DNA of 64,000 nucleotides from Dendrobates tinctorius (Eukaryota): NCBI RefSeq assembly GCF_039654945.1, contig NW_027361725.1, positions 14,632,001 to 14,696,000 of the forward strand, read 5' to 3'. Shown piece by piece: positions 36,652 to 49,664 of this stretch (position 1 is its first letter; each line of letters starts with the position of its first letter). The notes under the pieces were generated by a model. It saw only the letters and a program-made list of their open reading frames with translations, ran no database searches and was not told where the DNA came from. The position numbers and the translations under genes were made by a program.

Positions 36652-36992
36652 AGGGACTCATTCCAGATTCTAGCATGAAAACTAGTGATATGGCTGTGTA
36701 GGTAGGAGAACAACAGTAAATAGGACACCTTTCCTATATTAATCCGATGTGCCAGAGCTGAGAAATCAAGCTTTAAAGTCAGAATGCAAATTTACCTGGA
36801 AGAGCATTAGCAACCTTCTTTGGACACGCCCCCAACACACTCCCATGTAAATTTGCATATGACTTCAAAGCTTGATTTCTCAGCGCTGGAACATCGGATT
36901 ACTACAAGACAGGTAACATTTTTGTGGTCATTCTATGACCTATACAGCCATACCACTAATATCAGTGGTAAAACTATCCCAAGAAATTCCCT
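36652..36992. mobile_element. Palindromic T2-like MITE downstream of the soul3-like stop
   Basis: ttaa|AGGGA...TTCCCT|ttaa; inverted arms GCTGAGAAATCAAGCTTT / AAAGCTTGATTTCTCAGC. Confidence 0.7.
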
Positions 36993-38460
36993 TTAAATAG
37001 TGGCGATTTAGCAATGCTTTCCCGTCTCCGTTTCTCTGAGCATAGCCAGGGTAATGCTGTGCAGGAAAAAAAAATTCATTGCAGACCAGTGAGGGTCCCA
37101 TAAAACGATGGCATATCCTGGCAACATGTCATCACTCCACAATATTTATTAACCCTTTAAATCTGTACTAGTCGCCAACCCCCATGTATGGCCGGAACAA
37201 TGACATTGCCAACTTTACGCTCAATGTTTAATCATCAATTTCCCAAAAATGTCTGGCTCCACACAGGCAACTAAACATAGCATCAGCCTTAAGGATTAGA
37301 TCTGACTTCTAGTTGCCACGTGCATAATTAAAAGTTGGAAAAGGATTAACCTCCTGGAAATAATATACGATCATTAGCTGTAAATATTAAAACCATGGCA
37401 CAAAGTAAAAGCCAATTTACGTAGCCTCCAAAAGGGTTAAGGCGAGACGTTCAGATTAGTCATTGTCGGTGGAAAAGTCACCTGGGAGGTAATCTATAGG
37501 TTTGTATTGCCTTTCCTTTAATTAACGGGAGAAATATATAGCAACAACTATAATAACCAGCCCTGAGCCTAAAATGGCCGATACCAGAGAATAATAGATT
37601 GCATTCAAGGTTAGCAAAGGAAGCAAATAACATGTGGAATAATGGTCTGCGCTTCCCCCAAAGATTTACTTAGCGAGCACCAACCACAACCACCATAATG
37701 AGAATTCTTTACATGGCGCCTTAGGAAACCAATAAATGTACATTCAGATACAATGGATGAAGTGGGACCTCACATCTAAGTACGTCCCTCGTCCTTGACC
37801 TGTGTTTGGCTGCAGCAGGAGCCTCCCCCCACTGCCCTCCCTGCAGTAGGGCAAAAGATCTCTAAGCCCCACCCTCTTTGCTGAAGAACTGATCCTTTTC
37901 TGTAGGATTTCTATAAGATTGTCCTATTTTGAGTGAATATGACCCATGATATTTTTTTTTTTACTCAGACATTTCTTGGTTCACTGTTCCTTTTAAAAAA
38001 AAGCCTCCAAGTTTCAAACCAGTCCTAAACTACTGACCATCCCACCAATGGCACAACAGGGGATCTACAGAGGTTCAACCTTGTGACACAGTTGTTTTCC
38101 AGACCCCATAAAATGAACGATTGCACAAATCCATTTCACAGCTCTTCTCCCACAACCCTTTGTAACTTGTATTTTTACCCCTTTAAGTCACGGCTCATTT
38201 GGAGCTTAAGAGTCCAGTGGGCGGTCCTAAACCAATGATCCGCAGAGGTCTGGAGAAGTGCTCAATTGACTCAATACTTTGTTAATTGTCTCCTTGAAAA
38301 ATCTGAAGTACAAGAATGTTTCCATCCAGATTTAAGTCTGATTTTATTGAACTTTAATGCTGGACATCCAAATTGACTTTCAGCAGGACAGGTAAAATCA
38401 TGGTTTACCGTGACCTTGTGCAAGCCAAAGAGACAAAAAAGGTGTGATCTAAGTGCTGCT

Positions 38461-38989
38461 TGTCAGAGACACCGCACTACACTTGCTCATAGAGCCAGTG
38501 CGCGTGTCCTGAGTACAGAAGCAGTGCTAAACGAGGTACAGGAGGAATAAACAGACGGGAGGTCAGACAAAGCCAAAGGTCATACACAGGATCACAGTAC
38601 AGTACCAGGGATGAGACAGAGCGGATAATCAGGGCCAAGCAGAGATCAAAACCAAACAGACATATAAGGTACCAGGCAGAATCCAAAGCGATATCCAGAG
38701 AACAGACCGAGTCATACACAGAGAATCAAGTAACCAGAACACAGCACAAACACACTCAGGGGTCACCACACAATGCCAAGGGCAAAAGTATAACTGACGG
38801 GGATGGGAGCGTCCTGAGGCTATAAGAAGCCTCCCCCAGAACCAGGGAGAGGCCACAATCACAGCCCCAGGTGTGCAGGTAAGCCTGCATCGGGATCACA
38901 ACCTTTAACCCCAGAAATGCCAGTCATCAGCACTGGTTCCAAACATTAACCCCACGTGTGCGAGTCAAACCCGCACTGAGATCATGACA
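38461..38989 (-). repeat. 3' LTR of Gypsy element 2
   Basis: Direct repeat of 43547-44075; about 8 mismatches seen by eye. Confidence 0.95.
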
Positions 38990-39000
38990 GTACCCCCCTC

Positions 39001-42000
39001 TCAACGGGGGGCCTCTGGACCCCCAGGCTTGCCCGGGTACTTAGCATGGAAAGCCCGTACCAGGCGATCAGCATGCATCAACCGGGCCGGCACCCAGGAC
39101 CTGTCCTCCGGTCCATACCCCTTCCAATGAACCAGGTACTGTACCGACCGCCGTACCAACCTGGAATCTACGATATGACCAACCTTGTACTCCACCTGCC
39201 CCTCGACCAAAACCGGAGGAGCAGCAGACTCGGAGTCTCCCCGGACTGCTTCAAAAGGTTTCAGTAGAGATTTGTGGAAGACGTTAGGGATCTTGAAAGA
39301 GGGTGGAAGGCACAGCCTATACGCCACTGGATTGATTTTTTCCACAATCTTGTACGGGCCAATGAATTTGGGTCCTAACTTGGCTGACGGAATCTTTAAC
39401 TTAATGTTTCGCGTGGAGAGCCAAACTTTCTCTCCCACCCGAAACATGGGACCAGGTGTTCGTTTCCTGTCCGCGAAATACTTATACCTGCCTTGAGACC
39501 TGGATATACGCCGCTGGACTTCTGCCCATGTATTTTTTAACTGCTGAACAGAGTCCTCAGCCCCGGGGCCCCCCGAATCCAGACGAGAAAACTCACCGAA
39601 ATGAGGACTGAACCCATAGTTAATCAAGAAAGGGGACCTACCAGTGGATTGACTCACCCGACTATTGAAGGCAAATTCAGCTAACGGCAGTGCATCGCAC
39701 CAGTCACTCTGTCTAGCAGAGGTTAGACACCTGAGGATCTGTTCCAGGGACTGGTTAGTGCGCTCCGTCTGCCCATTGCTCTCAGGATGGTATGCAGACG
39801 AAAAGGACAGAGACATACCTAATTTTTTGCAGAAAGCACGCCAAAACTTAGCCACAAACTGCACACCACGATCAGACACCACATTCAGGGGTACCCCATG
39901 CAACCGGATCACATGCTGCACAAACAACCTGGACAACGTCTCAGCTGACGGTAGTGCGGACAGGGGTACGAAATGAGCCTGCTTAGAAAACCTGTCCACC
40001 ACTACCCATACCACTGTATTACCCTTAGATGGAGGGAGATTGGTAAGGCCTCTTTCACACTTCCGTTTTTTACAATCAGTCACAATCCGCCAGGTTTTGA
40101 AAAAAAACGGATCCTCAAATTTTTTTTGAGGTCTCTCTCTCTCTCTCTCTCCTTCCCGGCCAGCGATTCCTTTAAATTTCTTCATTTTCAGGATCCGTCT
40201 GAAAACGGATCCTGTGCCATCCGTTCACATCAGTTGAGAACGGATCCGCTTGTCCGCCTTTTTGGCAGATTATAACTGATGCAAAAAACTGAAGTGTGAA
40301 AGAGGCCTAACAAAATCCATGGATAAGTGAGTCCGTGGCCTTTCGGGCACTGCCAAGGGTATCAGCTCCCCTGCCGGCCGGCTATGAGAGCTTTTAGAAC
40401 GAGCGCAGACACCACAACCAGCAATGAATTTTTTTTTTATGTCCGAACCAAGGGTAGGCCACCAAAAGATCCTAGCCACCGCCAGACGTGTGGCTGAAAT
40501 ACCAGGGTGAGCACTCAGCTTGGATTCATGGAACTCCTGCAAGAGTTTCAGGCGAAGTTGCTCTGGGACAAACAACTTCCCCTCCGGCTTGGCCGCCGAG
40601 GCCTGCGACTGGGCCCCCTGAATCTCCCGTTCCAATTCAGATGAGACCTTTGCTATCACAACCCCAGGGTGAAGAATGGAGGACGGTGGCTCAGGGGGTG
40701 ACACCGGCTGAAAACTGCGTGATAAGGCGTCAGCCTTGACATTCTTAGACCCTGGACGAAATGTAATTGTAAACTGAAAACGGGAAAAAAAAAGTGACCA
40801 ACGGGCTTGTCTGGGCGTTAGTCTTTTAGCAGACTCAATGTACGACAAATTTTTGTGATCCGTGATCACCGTAACCGGGTGACTGGCCCCCTCCAAAAAG
40901 TGCCTCCATTCTTCAAATGCCAATTTGACCGCAAGAAGCTCTCTATTGCCTACGTCGTAATTTCTTTCCGCAGCAGAGAACTTCTTGGAAAAGAAAGCAC
41001 ATGGCCTGAGGTTGGTTAGAGTGGCAGGCCCTTGGGACAACACCGCCCCCACCCCCACCTCAGAGGCTTCCACTTCCACGACAAATGGTTTGCACGGATC
41101 TGGCTGCACTAACACAGGAGCAGACATAAAACATTTTTTCAGCGTCGCAAAGGCCGCTTTTGCGAGCGAGGACCAATTTCTCACATCCACACCTTTGCAT
41201 GTTAGATCCGTGAGAGGTTTGACCACTTGCGAAAACCCCCGGATAAATTTGCGGTAATAATTGGCGAACCCCAAGAAGCGCTGAAGACCCTTAAGATCTC
41301 GGGGTTGCACCCAATCTGCAATGGCCTGCACCTTCTTGGGGTCCATGCGAAAACCCTCACCGGATACAATTAACCCCAAAAAGGACAACTCTTGTACACA
41401 GAATACACATTTTTCCAATTTGGCATACAAATGATTTTCTCTCAGCCTTTGGAGCACAGTTCGTACATGTTCCAAATGAGAATACTTGTCGGGGGAATAT
41501 ATCAAAATATCATCTAAGTAGATAACGACTAAACGACCAATGAGATCCGAGAATACCACGTTGATGAAATTCTGAAATATGGCAGGGGCGTTGGTAAGAC
41601 CAAACGGCATGACTAAATTTTCAAATAGTCCCTTGGTCGTGAGGAACGCGGTTTTCCATTCATCCCCCTCTCGGACCCTTATCAAATTATATGCCCCCCG
41701 AAGGTCCAGTTTAGAAAACCACTTTGCCCCCGATAGTTGGTTACATAAATCGGGAATCAACGGAAGGGGGTACGTATTCCGTACAGTAATTTGATTAAGC
41801 TCCCGGAAGTCGAGACAGGGACGTAACCCGCCATCTTTTTTCTTTACAAAAAAAGAAACCTGCCGCCACAGGTGAGACTGAAGGACGTATGTGTCCTTTG
41901 CGCAGACTTTCAGTAATGTACTCCTTCATAGCCAAGCGCTCAGGACCGGACAAATTAAACAGATGGGCTTTGGGTAATTTAGCCCCCGGGACCAGCTCAA

Positions 42001-43472
42001 TAGCGCAGTCAAAGGGTCTATGTGGCGGTAACGTCTCGGCCTCGCTTTCGGAGAATACATCTTCGAAGTCCTTCAGGCATTCCGGAATACCTTCCAGCTC
42101 GACAGATGATACAGACACAGATTTAACAGGTTCAACCAGCAGTGCGGCTTTATCATATAACTCAAAATCATTAAACCCCCATTGTACAATCTCCCCCATT
42201 TTCCAGTTAATAACTGGGTTATGGTGTTGTAACCAGGGCATGCCCAACACCAACCCTGCAGGTAGATTGTAGGGCACAAAACAACTTATGTTTTCCACAT
42301 GAGTAGCGCCCACTCTGAGCGAAAACACATCAGACATAAAGCGAATTCCCTCCTTAGTGAGGGGAGAGGAGTCAATGGCCATCACCTTGAGCCTAACTGT
42401 CACTATCTTGCAGTGTGTGACCAATTGGGAGTCAATAAGATTAATAGATGATCCGCAGTCCACAAAGGCTGTAGAGGAAAAAGAACTACCATCCACAAAC
42501 AGTTCCACAGGCAGTACTACTTTAGAAAACGAGGAAAATGGTACCTGAGGGTCTGAGCAGCCTCCCCGTTGACTACCCAGACCTAGTCGTTTCCCGCCGA
42601 CCGGGTTTGAAGACGGGCAATTCGGGCACTCCCTTTTCCAATGTCCCGTTTTACCACAGTAAAAGCATAACTGCTTGTCCTTCCGGCGTTTCCTCTCCGT
42701 ATCCTTCAGGGAGAGGGTGCCTACATCCATGGGCTCAGGGGCAGTCTCTTTTCCACTGGGGAATAATGGAGTATCCACCTGCATCACCCCTCTGGCCCGC
42801 AGCCTGCGGTCCATCCGGACGGCCTGGGTCATGGCGTCCTCGAGAGAGTTAGGTGGGGGATGTAACGCCAAGGCATCCTGCAGCCGCTCGGACAAGCCTC
42901 TGCGAAAGAGTCCTCGGAGTGCGGTGTCGCTCCAAGAGACCTCTGCCGCCCAGCAGCGGAACTCAGAACAAAACCACTCAGCTGTGTGTTTCCCCTGACA
43001 GACACTCATCACCATGTCCTCTGCCAATCGCACTCGGTCAGGTTCGTCATAAATGTGCCCGAGGGCCTCAAAGAATGCGTTCAGTGACATACGTTCAGGA
43101 GCAGAGGAAGACAGAGAGAAAGCCCATGCTTGCGGAGCCCCCCGAAGTAGGGAAATAATGACCCCCACCCTCTGGAACTCATCCCCGAAGGAGCGGGGCC
43201 TTAGAGAAAAAAAAAAGCTTGCATCCTTCTCTGAAAGACCTGAACTCCTTTTTATCCCCTGAGAAAAGGTCTGGTAATTTGACCGGAGATTCGGGGGACG
43301 CTAATGACACATCCCTACCCCCAGAACCAGAAGCCCCTGCATCGACAGCCCCCTGCACAGTAACCACCAACTGTTGCTGGGTATGGGCCATCGTGCGTTG
43401 TTCCACATTGAGCTTATGGAACATTTGGGTCAGGTGCTTGACCTGATCAGCCAAGGCTTGTATGGGATCCAT
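39001..43472 (-). pseudogene. gag-pol of Gypsy element 2, disrupted
   Basis: MDPIQ start, CFYCGKTGHWKREC knuckle, VDCGS protease, YLDD RT, integrase with intact QTER, chromodomain. Homopolymer frameshifts at ~43210 and ~41850; MITE inserted in the integrase. Confidence 0.93.
40047..40307. mobile_element. PIF/Harbinger-type MITE inserted in the integrase of Gypsy element 2
   Basis: TIR GGCCTCTTTCACACTT, TSD TAA; removing it restores the SMDFVTNLPPS reading frame. Confidence 0.92.
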
Positions 43473-43546
43473 GAGGATAACACACACTTTTTTTTTTTTT
43501 TTTCTTCTTCAGAAAAAAAAAACAAAACTGAAAGGGTCAGTTATAA

Positions 43547-44075
43547 TGTCAGAGACACCGCACTACACTTGCTCATAGAGCCAGTGCGCGTGTCCTGAGT
43601 ACAGAAGCAGTGCTAAACGAGGTACAGGAGGAATAAACAGACGGGAGGTCAGACAAAGCCAAAGGTCATACACAGGATCACAGTACAGTACCAGGGATGA
43701 GACAAAGCGGATAATCAGGGCCAAGCAGAGATCAAAACCAAACAGACATAGGAGGTACCAGGCAGAATCCAAAGCGATATCCAGGAAACAGACCGAGTCA
43801 TACACAGAGAATCAAGTAACCAGAACACAGCACAAACACACTCAGGGGTCACCACACAATGCCAAGGGCAAGAGTATAACTGACAGGGATGGGAGCGTCC
43901 TGAGGCTATAAGAAGCCTCCCCCAGAACCAGGGAGAGGCCACAATCATAGCCCCAGGTGTGCAGGTAAGCCTGCATCGGGATCACAACCTTTAACCCCAG
44001 AAATGCCAGTCATCAGCACTGGTTCCAAACATTAACCCCACGTGTGCGAGTCAAACCCGCACTGAGATCATGACA
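43547..44075 (-). repeat. 5' LTR of Gypsy element 2
   Basis: Direct repeat of 38461-38989. Confidence 0.95.
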
Positions 44076-44610
44076 CTGCTAAGCCTAAGCACCCCCATAG
44101 AGGGATTCAGGAGAAATCCTGCCTTGAGCTGAAGACCTAAGTAGTCTACAGCAGACTGGTTGCTAGGGACATGACACAGAAAATACATGGACTGGTTGCT
44201 AGGGAGTGTATACATGGCAACCACTCTCTTAATGGATTGGCACAGTGCCGGCAGCAGAAAAGGTGTAAAACAGGTTGTCAAGAGCAACAACATGTCATTT
44301 CCTATGGCTTCTAGCATTAGTAATCACATTTTTCTCAACCTTCAGGATGAAAGCAGGGGGTCTAAATTCTGCCATGACCCCTCACCCTCAATTGAGGGGC
44401 AGCTCTGCCTATACAGGCACTGGGGGTAACAGCAATTTAGGAGTGCTAGTTTCCCCATCTTAGTCAGAACTATTAATCAGATTTTTCTGAAATAGACAAA
44501 AAAAAACAACAAAATAACTTTATGGAGAACTTTTGTGATCAGACACGTGAATACTACACAAGGGCTACTAAACGCCACCTGTAAAGTGGGTCAAAACGTT
44601 TTTGTGAGAA

Positions 44611-44654
<44 letters not shown>

Positions 44655-45196
44655 TATATTTTAGTAACTGTGCTGTAAGACAAGTCTATATTGGAATAAA
44701 CTGTGGACGCTTTATCCTGGAGCCGTGGCCGCTCGCTGCTTCTTCACGTGCAGACTAAACTTTGCGCAGCGATGGGTTGGTGGATGAGGTCATGTCAAGA
44801 GCGAACAGAGGTCGACATATCAGGTACCATTGGCTATGCTTCCTCTGTACAGCCATAGCACCGCTGCACCTCAGGGAGGTCTCAGAGTTGGAAATTACAT
44901 AAATAGTAACTCCCTGATCAGAGCCTCTCTGTGAGCAAGAAAGTCCACAACCGAACGCAAAGATGAAAGAAAGAAAGAAAAAAAAAAAAAATAATATCAT
45001 CTCCAGACCAAAACTAGCAGACTCAGACCAAATGCACACACACACACACACACAAAAAAAATAACATACCAGCACTTCCTCCCTTTTCAGATGCCGTTTT
45101 GCTTCATTTTACAATTATAATGGAGAAACCTACAACTACATACACTGTTCTGTTTTCTCTGCTCCTCACTGTCCTTTTTCTAGTCTGTTAGATAAA

Positions 45197-45363
45197 CTGC
45201 AGCGGGAGCCTGCCCTCCCCAGTCCCGCCTGCAGCGGGAGCCTGCCCTCCCCAGTCCCGCCTGCAGCGGGAGCCTGCCCTCCCCAGTCCCGCCTGCAGCG
45301 GGAGCCTGCCCTCCCCAGTCCCGCCTGCAGCGGGAGCCTGCCCTCCCCAGTCCCGCCTGCAGC
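45197..45363. repeat. 32-bp minisatellite, 5 perfect copies
   Basis: Unit CTGCAGCGGGAGCCTGCCCTCCCCAGTCCCGC. Confidence 0.95.
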
Positions 45364-47172
45364 AACAAAGCATGTATTAAATTAGAAGGGTTGTCCAGGT
45401 CCTAGGCTGTCAATATCAGATGGGCGGGAGTCTGATACCCAGCACCCTGAGCAATCAGTTATCATGTAACACAATGCTCATACTGTACTGTCTGCTGCCA
45501 GATACTACTGCTCGGCTCCCATTAAAATGACTGGATGCTGAGCAGGAGTACCGGACACGACCTGCGTGTTGTTCCGGTTCCATACACCCTTTACTCCTGC
45601 TGCCTGCCACAAAAGAACTGCTCATTGAGGATGTAGGAGCTGCCACAGAACTGATATTGATGGTCTAAGTCCTGGACATCCTCAGGAATTAAAATTTACT
45701 AAAATGAAACCTTAACTTCATTAAAGACACATTTAACTAGTACACATTTTAGTGTGAAGAATCCTAGTCAGTGACGAACGACATCTGAGGGAGGCCATAT
45801 TGATATAAATGTGTAACAAACTCAGCTTTGCTAAATCTATAAATACCATCAGAGAATAAAAACCAAAATTTCAAATTCCAAAAAAAAAAAAAAACCCCTC
45901 AGTCATGTGGTGTCTCCTAGTGCTCAGCCAGCAAAATAGCCTGAGAAACTGGATTAGCTCATTATTGTGCGGTTGTCAGGCATCTGACCCTTCCCCAGGA
46001 CCACCACAGACCAGCAGAAGAGCCCGAGAATCTGGATAGTCCATCATTGTGCGATTGTCAGGCACTTGACGCCCCCCCCCACTCCGGAACCACCATCGAC
46101 CAGCAGAAAGAGAGTTTGGCACAGCTGAACATTTATATACGTCACCGTGCCTGTGGAGTCTCTATTCTGCCCCCAGAAAACATACAATTCCTTTATCAAA
46201 GTAATGGATGTAGATTACAAGTTGGAAGAGTAGATGTATTTCCTGAAAATACATCAAACTATGTTGATTGGTGGGGGATCAGGTGCCAAGACCCCTCATA
46301 GATCATAGAGGCAGGGGCTGTGTCCTCCTAGATGGATGATGAGTTCAATAGACAGTGAGTATTCTCTTCAACTTTTCTGCCCCTTTCCTGTAGTGATCTC
46401 GGGGCTCCCGGAGCAGAGACACATTGAAAGTATATGACTCGCACATGCCCTGTAATTTACTGTCTCTGAAGAGCGGTCTGAATATGCCAGTTGAGCCCGA
46501 AGGCAATGAAATTACAATATCTGTACTGGCAACTTAGACTTGTGCAATAATTCAGTAAAAAACAAATGTTAACAAGCAATCACTGAACAAAAAACATTAA
46601 AATATGTCAAGTAGATGTCTATCCTGTACTCAACATGGAGATATAATGAAGGAGAGTCCCTGAGGCCATAACATTCACCATTACATGGTCACGTACCATA
46701 CAAGAAGATGAAGAAAAGGGTCGGCACTCTTGAAAGGACACTGACATGTCTGGGGCTATATAGTCTGAGAGATGGCATTGATGTCCTATGGGGCATTTCC
46801 ACCTTACTGCACTGCAGCTTCTTCATTCTTAAGTTTAATGGGGTATTCACATCAACTACAGTCATGGCATTTATAATTGGGGGGGGGGGGGGGGTTTCCA
46901 TCATTTAGGCCGCTCACAGTTTCTAAAAGGTCATCACTATATTAGATGGGAATACCCCTTTTATGTGAAATTGTCACCTTGGAAACTGCTATTTATCTGT
47001 AGATATAGGAAAAATCTGCAGGCAAGTAGCATTACAATGATTGCTGGCCACATATTACCGAAACTGCGGCTATCAGGAGAAAAACTAATTTTCTCCTCCC
47101 AGGAGCCACCGGCTTTCAGTCATGCAGCCGTGCATGGAACAGCTACAGTCATCACCCCAGAACTCTGAGTGA

Positions 47173-47376
47173 GGCCGGGATCATACTACTATGTGTGATG
47201 TGAGAAACTTGCACGAGTCTCTCGCATCAACACCCGGCGCTGCTGCCGGCACTCAGGACCGGAGCTCCAGCTGCATAGAAATACATTCGGCCGCAGCTCC
47301 GGTCCTGAGCGCCGGGTGTTGATGCAAGAGACTCGTGCTAGTTCCTTGCATCAAACACGGTAGTGTGTTCCCGGCC
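47173..47376. mobile_element. Palindromic Harbinger-like MITE nested in an older MITE (~46965-47635)
   Basis: GGCCGGGA...TCCCGGCC, TSD TGA. Confidence 0.7.
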
Positions 47377-48089
47377 TGACAGCCAGCCTGCAGAGAATCT
47401 GTGCAGAGAGAGTGCTGTCAATGAAAGTGCCGGGCAGTGCTTAGAGTCACCACTTGAAGTATAGTGAGCGGTGCTGTGATGACTTGTCATTTTGTGCATG
47501 TCCCCATAACTAAAGCAGGCGGATCCTGGAAGGAAATAAGTTAATTTTCTCCCAGCAACTGCATTTTCAGTAAGGCACCTAATCAGCACTATGACGCTAC
47601 TTACCAGCATTTTCCAAGGCGACTGCTTCCTTTTAACCATACTACCTTTGTTAGCCATATTCATAATAACCAATACGGTGAAAGATAAGGAATAACAAAA
47701 ATAAAGAGGTTGTCCAATGCTTCTCTCTTCTGCATCGGGAGGCGAGTGGTGTCCATGACATTGCGTCTACACATATCTGCAGAATATGTACACATCCCAG
47801 CAAGTTTGTATAGATAATAAGGCATCGGCACAGCTCACTTATTGATGTGGAAGGGACACTGAACAACCCCTCTACGATCTAACCCATAATCTTAAACAGA
47901 GAAGTCATTATTCGTCTCATGAAAGGTTTGAGATTGCAGACGAGCCTCGAAAAAACACTAAATGTTCTGCCAGCACAATAATATGCAGTAGCAGCATCAG
48001 CTAAATGAACAGGTCCAGAGCAGCACCGGCCTTACCGCACATCAGTGACTGGTCCATGACTTTCGTACCAGCCAGCGGCCAAGGCTCAC

Positions 48090-48248
48090 CTGTATGTAAG
48101 ACTTCTGCACGGCTACCAGCTCCTCTCCCAGTGGCACCACAAACTTCTCCAGCTGCCTCTCATGGGAGTAAGGCTGAATGTCCGGGGAATCTTCCGAGCG
48201 CAGCTCTATCCGGCTAATCAGCAGGTTTGATACGACTTGCTGGACAGA
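48090..48248 (-). CDS. FANCM: FANCM exon 4
   Basis: ttttatag|SVQQVVSNLLISRIELRSEDSPDIQPYSHERQLEKFVVPLGEELVAVQKSYIQ|gtgag; 159 nt. Not recovered by the ORF track. Confidence 0.93.
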
Positions 48249-48312
48249 CTATAAAAAAGGAGGAAAAAAAATAAATAAAAAAACCACAGGATTTAGCGAC
48301 CTCCCTTTAATT

Positions 48313-48543
48313 TCCAGATTACAACACTACTTTTGTATGTCATTGCTGGAGCGCCACACTGGGGCTCACAATCTACTTTCCCTTTCAGTATGTGTTTGGA
48401 ATGTGGGAGGAAACGAGAGTACCCAGAAAAGCTCACACAAACACAGGGAGAACATACAAACTCCTTGCAGATGTTGTCCTTGGTGGGATTTGAACCCAGG
48501 ACCCCAGAGCTGCAAGGCTGCAGTGCTAACCACTGAGCCATTG
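48313..48543 (-). mobile_element. tRNA-derived SINE (V-SINE-like)
   Basis: Minus strand: TGGCTCAGTGGTTAGCAC (A box) ... GGGTTCAAATCCC (B box), then a GGAGTTTGTATGTTCTCCC core. Confidence 0.8.
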
Positions 48544-49664
48544 TGCATAATTATTTTAAAGGTCCAGGATGCTGTAATGTGGGGGGATGTAATGTCCCTA
48601 CAGCTGCAGGGAAGGAGGGAGACAGTCCGAATCCCTCTACAAGACACATGGCCGCACTATGGCCCAGCGGCCCCTCCCTCCACAGAGGTACAGTATGCGC
48701 CCATAGTGAACCATAGCTGCCTTGGATGGATGGAACAAGGAGCCGTTATATGGCAGTGTACATGTTCGGACCACTCTGGAGTCATGGCTCCTGTTCAGCT
48801 ACATCAAGCCGATCAGATCTTTGCATCATGGACTTCTTCAAAGCACCACTACAGCGTTTTTTTCCAGCACTGGAGTGGCACTTCATATGTAAGCCCCCTA
48901 CTCCCGTTCTTATACTCACCTTCCGGCAGCTTCACCTTTTACAGACGCCGAGCCATCTTGTGCCCGTAAGTTCTGACTAACCAGAAGTAAGTAGGTACGT
49001 CACAAGGGCTCAAGCTCAATGCTTGTCTATGAGAGCCAGGAGGAGACCCTCAAAGATGTATTGAACAGTGAGCTCCATGAAACACTGGAGCTGCCAGCAC
49101 ATCACTTTATGACGGAGAAGAATGGGAGAGATGGTGGAAAACTATGAAGGTGGCGGCAGGTGAGTATGAGACAGGGGAATTACATTTAATTAATAAAAAA
49201 TAAAAAAAATGCTGGAGTGGTGCTTTAATTAACACAGGGTGTGGTAAAAAGAAACATATTTTTGCACTAATCAAACCATATTATTTAAAGGAGGTGTCCG
49301 CTACTGGAAAAAACCCTTTCAAAACAGCTCCAGTCTGTTGCAGAAAAAAAATCTGAACTTTAACCTCCCAGATGGGCGACAATCCCAAGTCCTCGTTACA
49401 CCACGTGACCACTGCAGCCAATCAGCAGCTGCAGCCTTCACTATTCCATCGAGCTGCATTTCCATTCTAACAGTATAGTGGGGGCCTGCAGCTGTTCATC
49501 GACCGCAGTGGGGCGGCCGCTGCAACGTGACAAAGTCAGTTGATCACCGGGAGATGGCAGGATCTGTACCAGTCTGGACGCAGCTGTGAGCTGGTTGGCT
49601 TAGCTATAGATGGGTCCATGTGTGACCTGCTACGTTCCATACTCCAGAGATAACATATCCTCAC

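Larger units (their letters stand above)
38461..44075 (-). mobile_element. Ty3/Gypsy chromovirus (Tf1/sushi-like) LTR retrotransposon 2, full length
   Basis: Two 529-bp TG...CA LTRs, 5-bp TSD CTGCT, PPT GAGGGGGGTAC, domain order gag-PR-RT-RH-IN-chromodomain. Confidence 0.97.

Noticed and set aside
48470-48543. tRNA-like A and B boxes
   Set aside because: This is the head of a SINE, continuing into SINE core sequence; no complete cloverleaf.
48178-48969. 263-aa plus-strand ORF
   Set aside because: Non-ATG start, antisense to FANCM exon 4, and runs through a SINE and other repeats.
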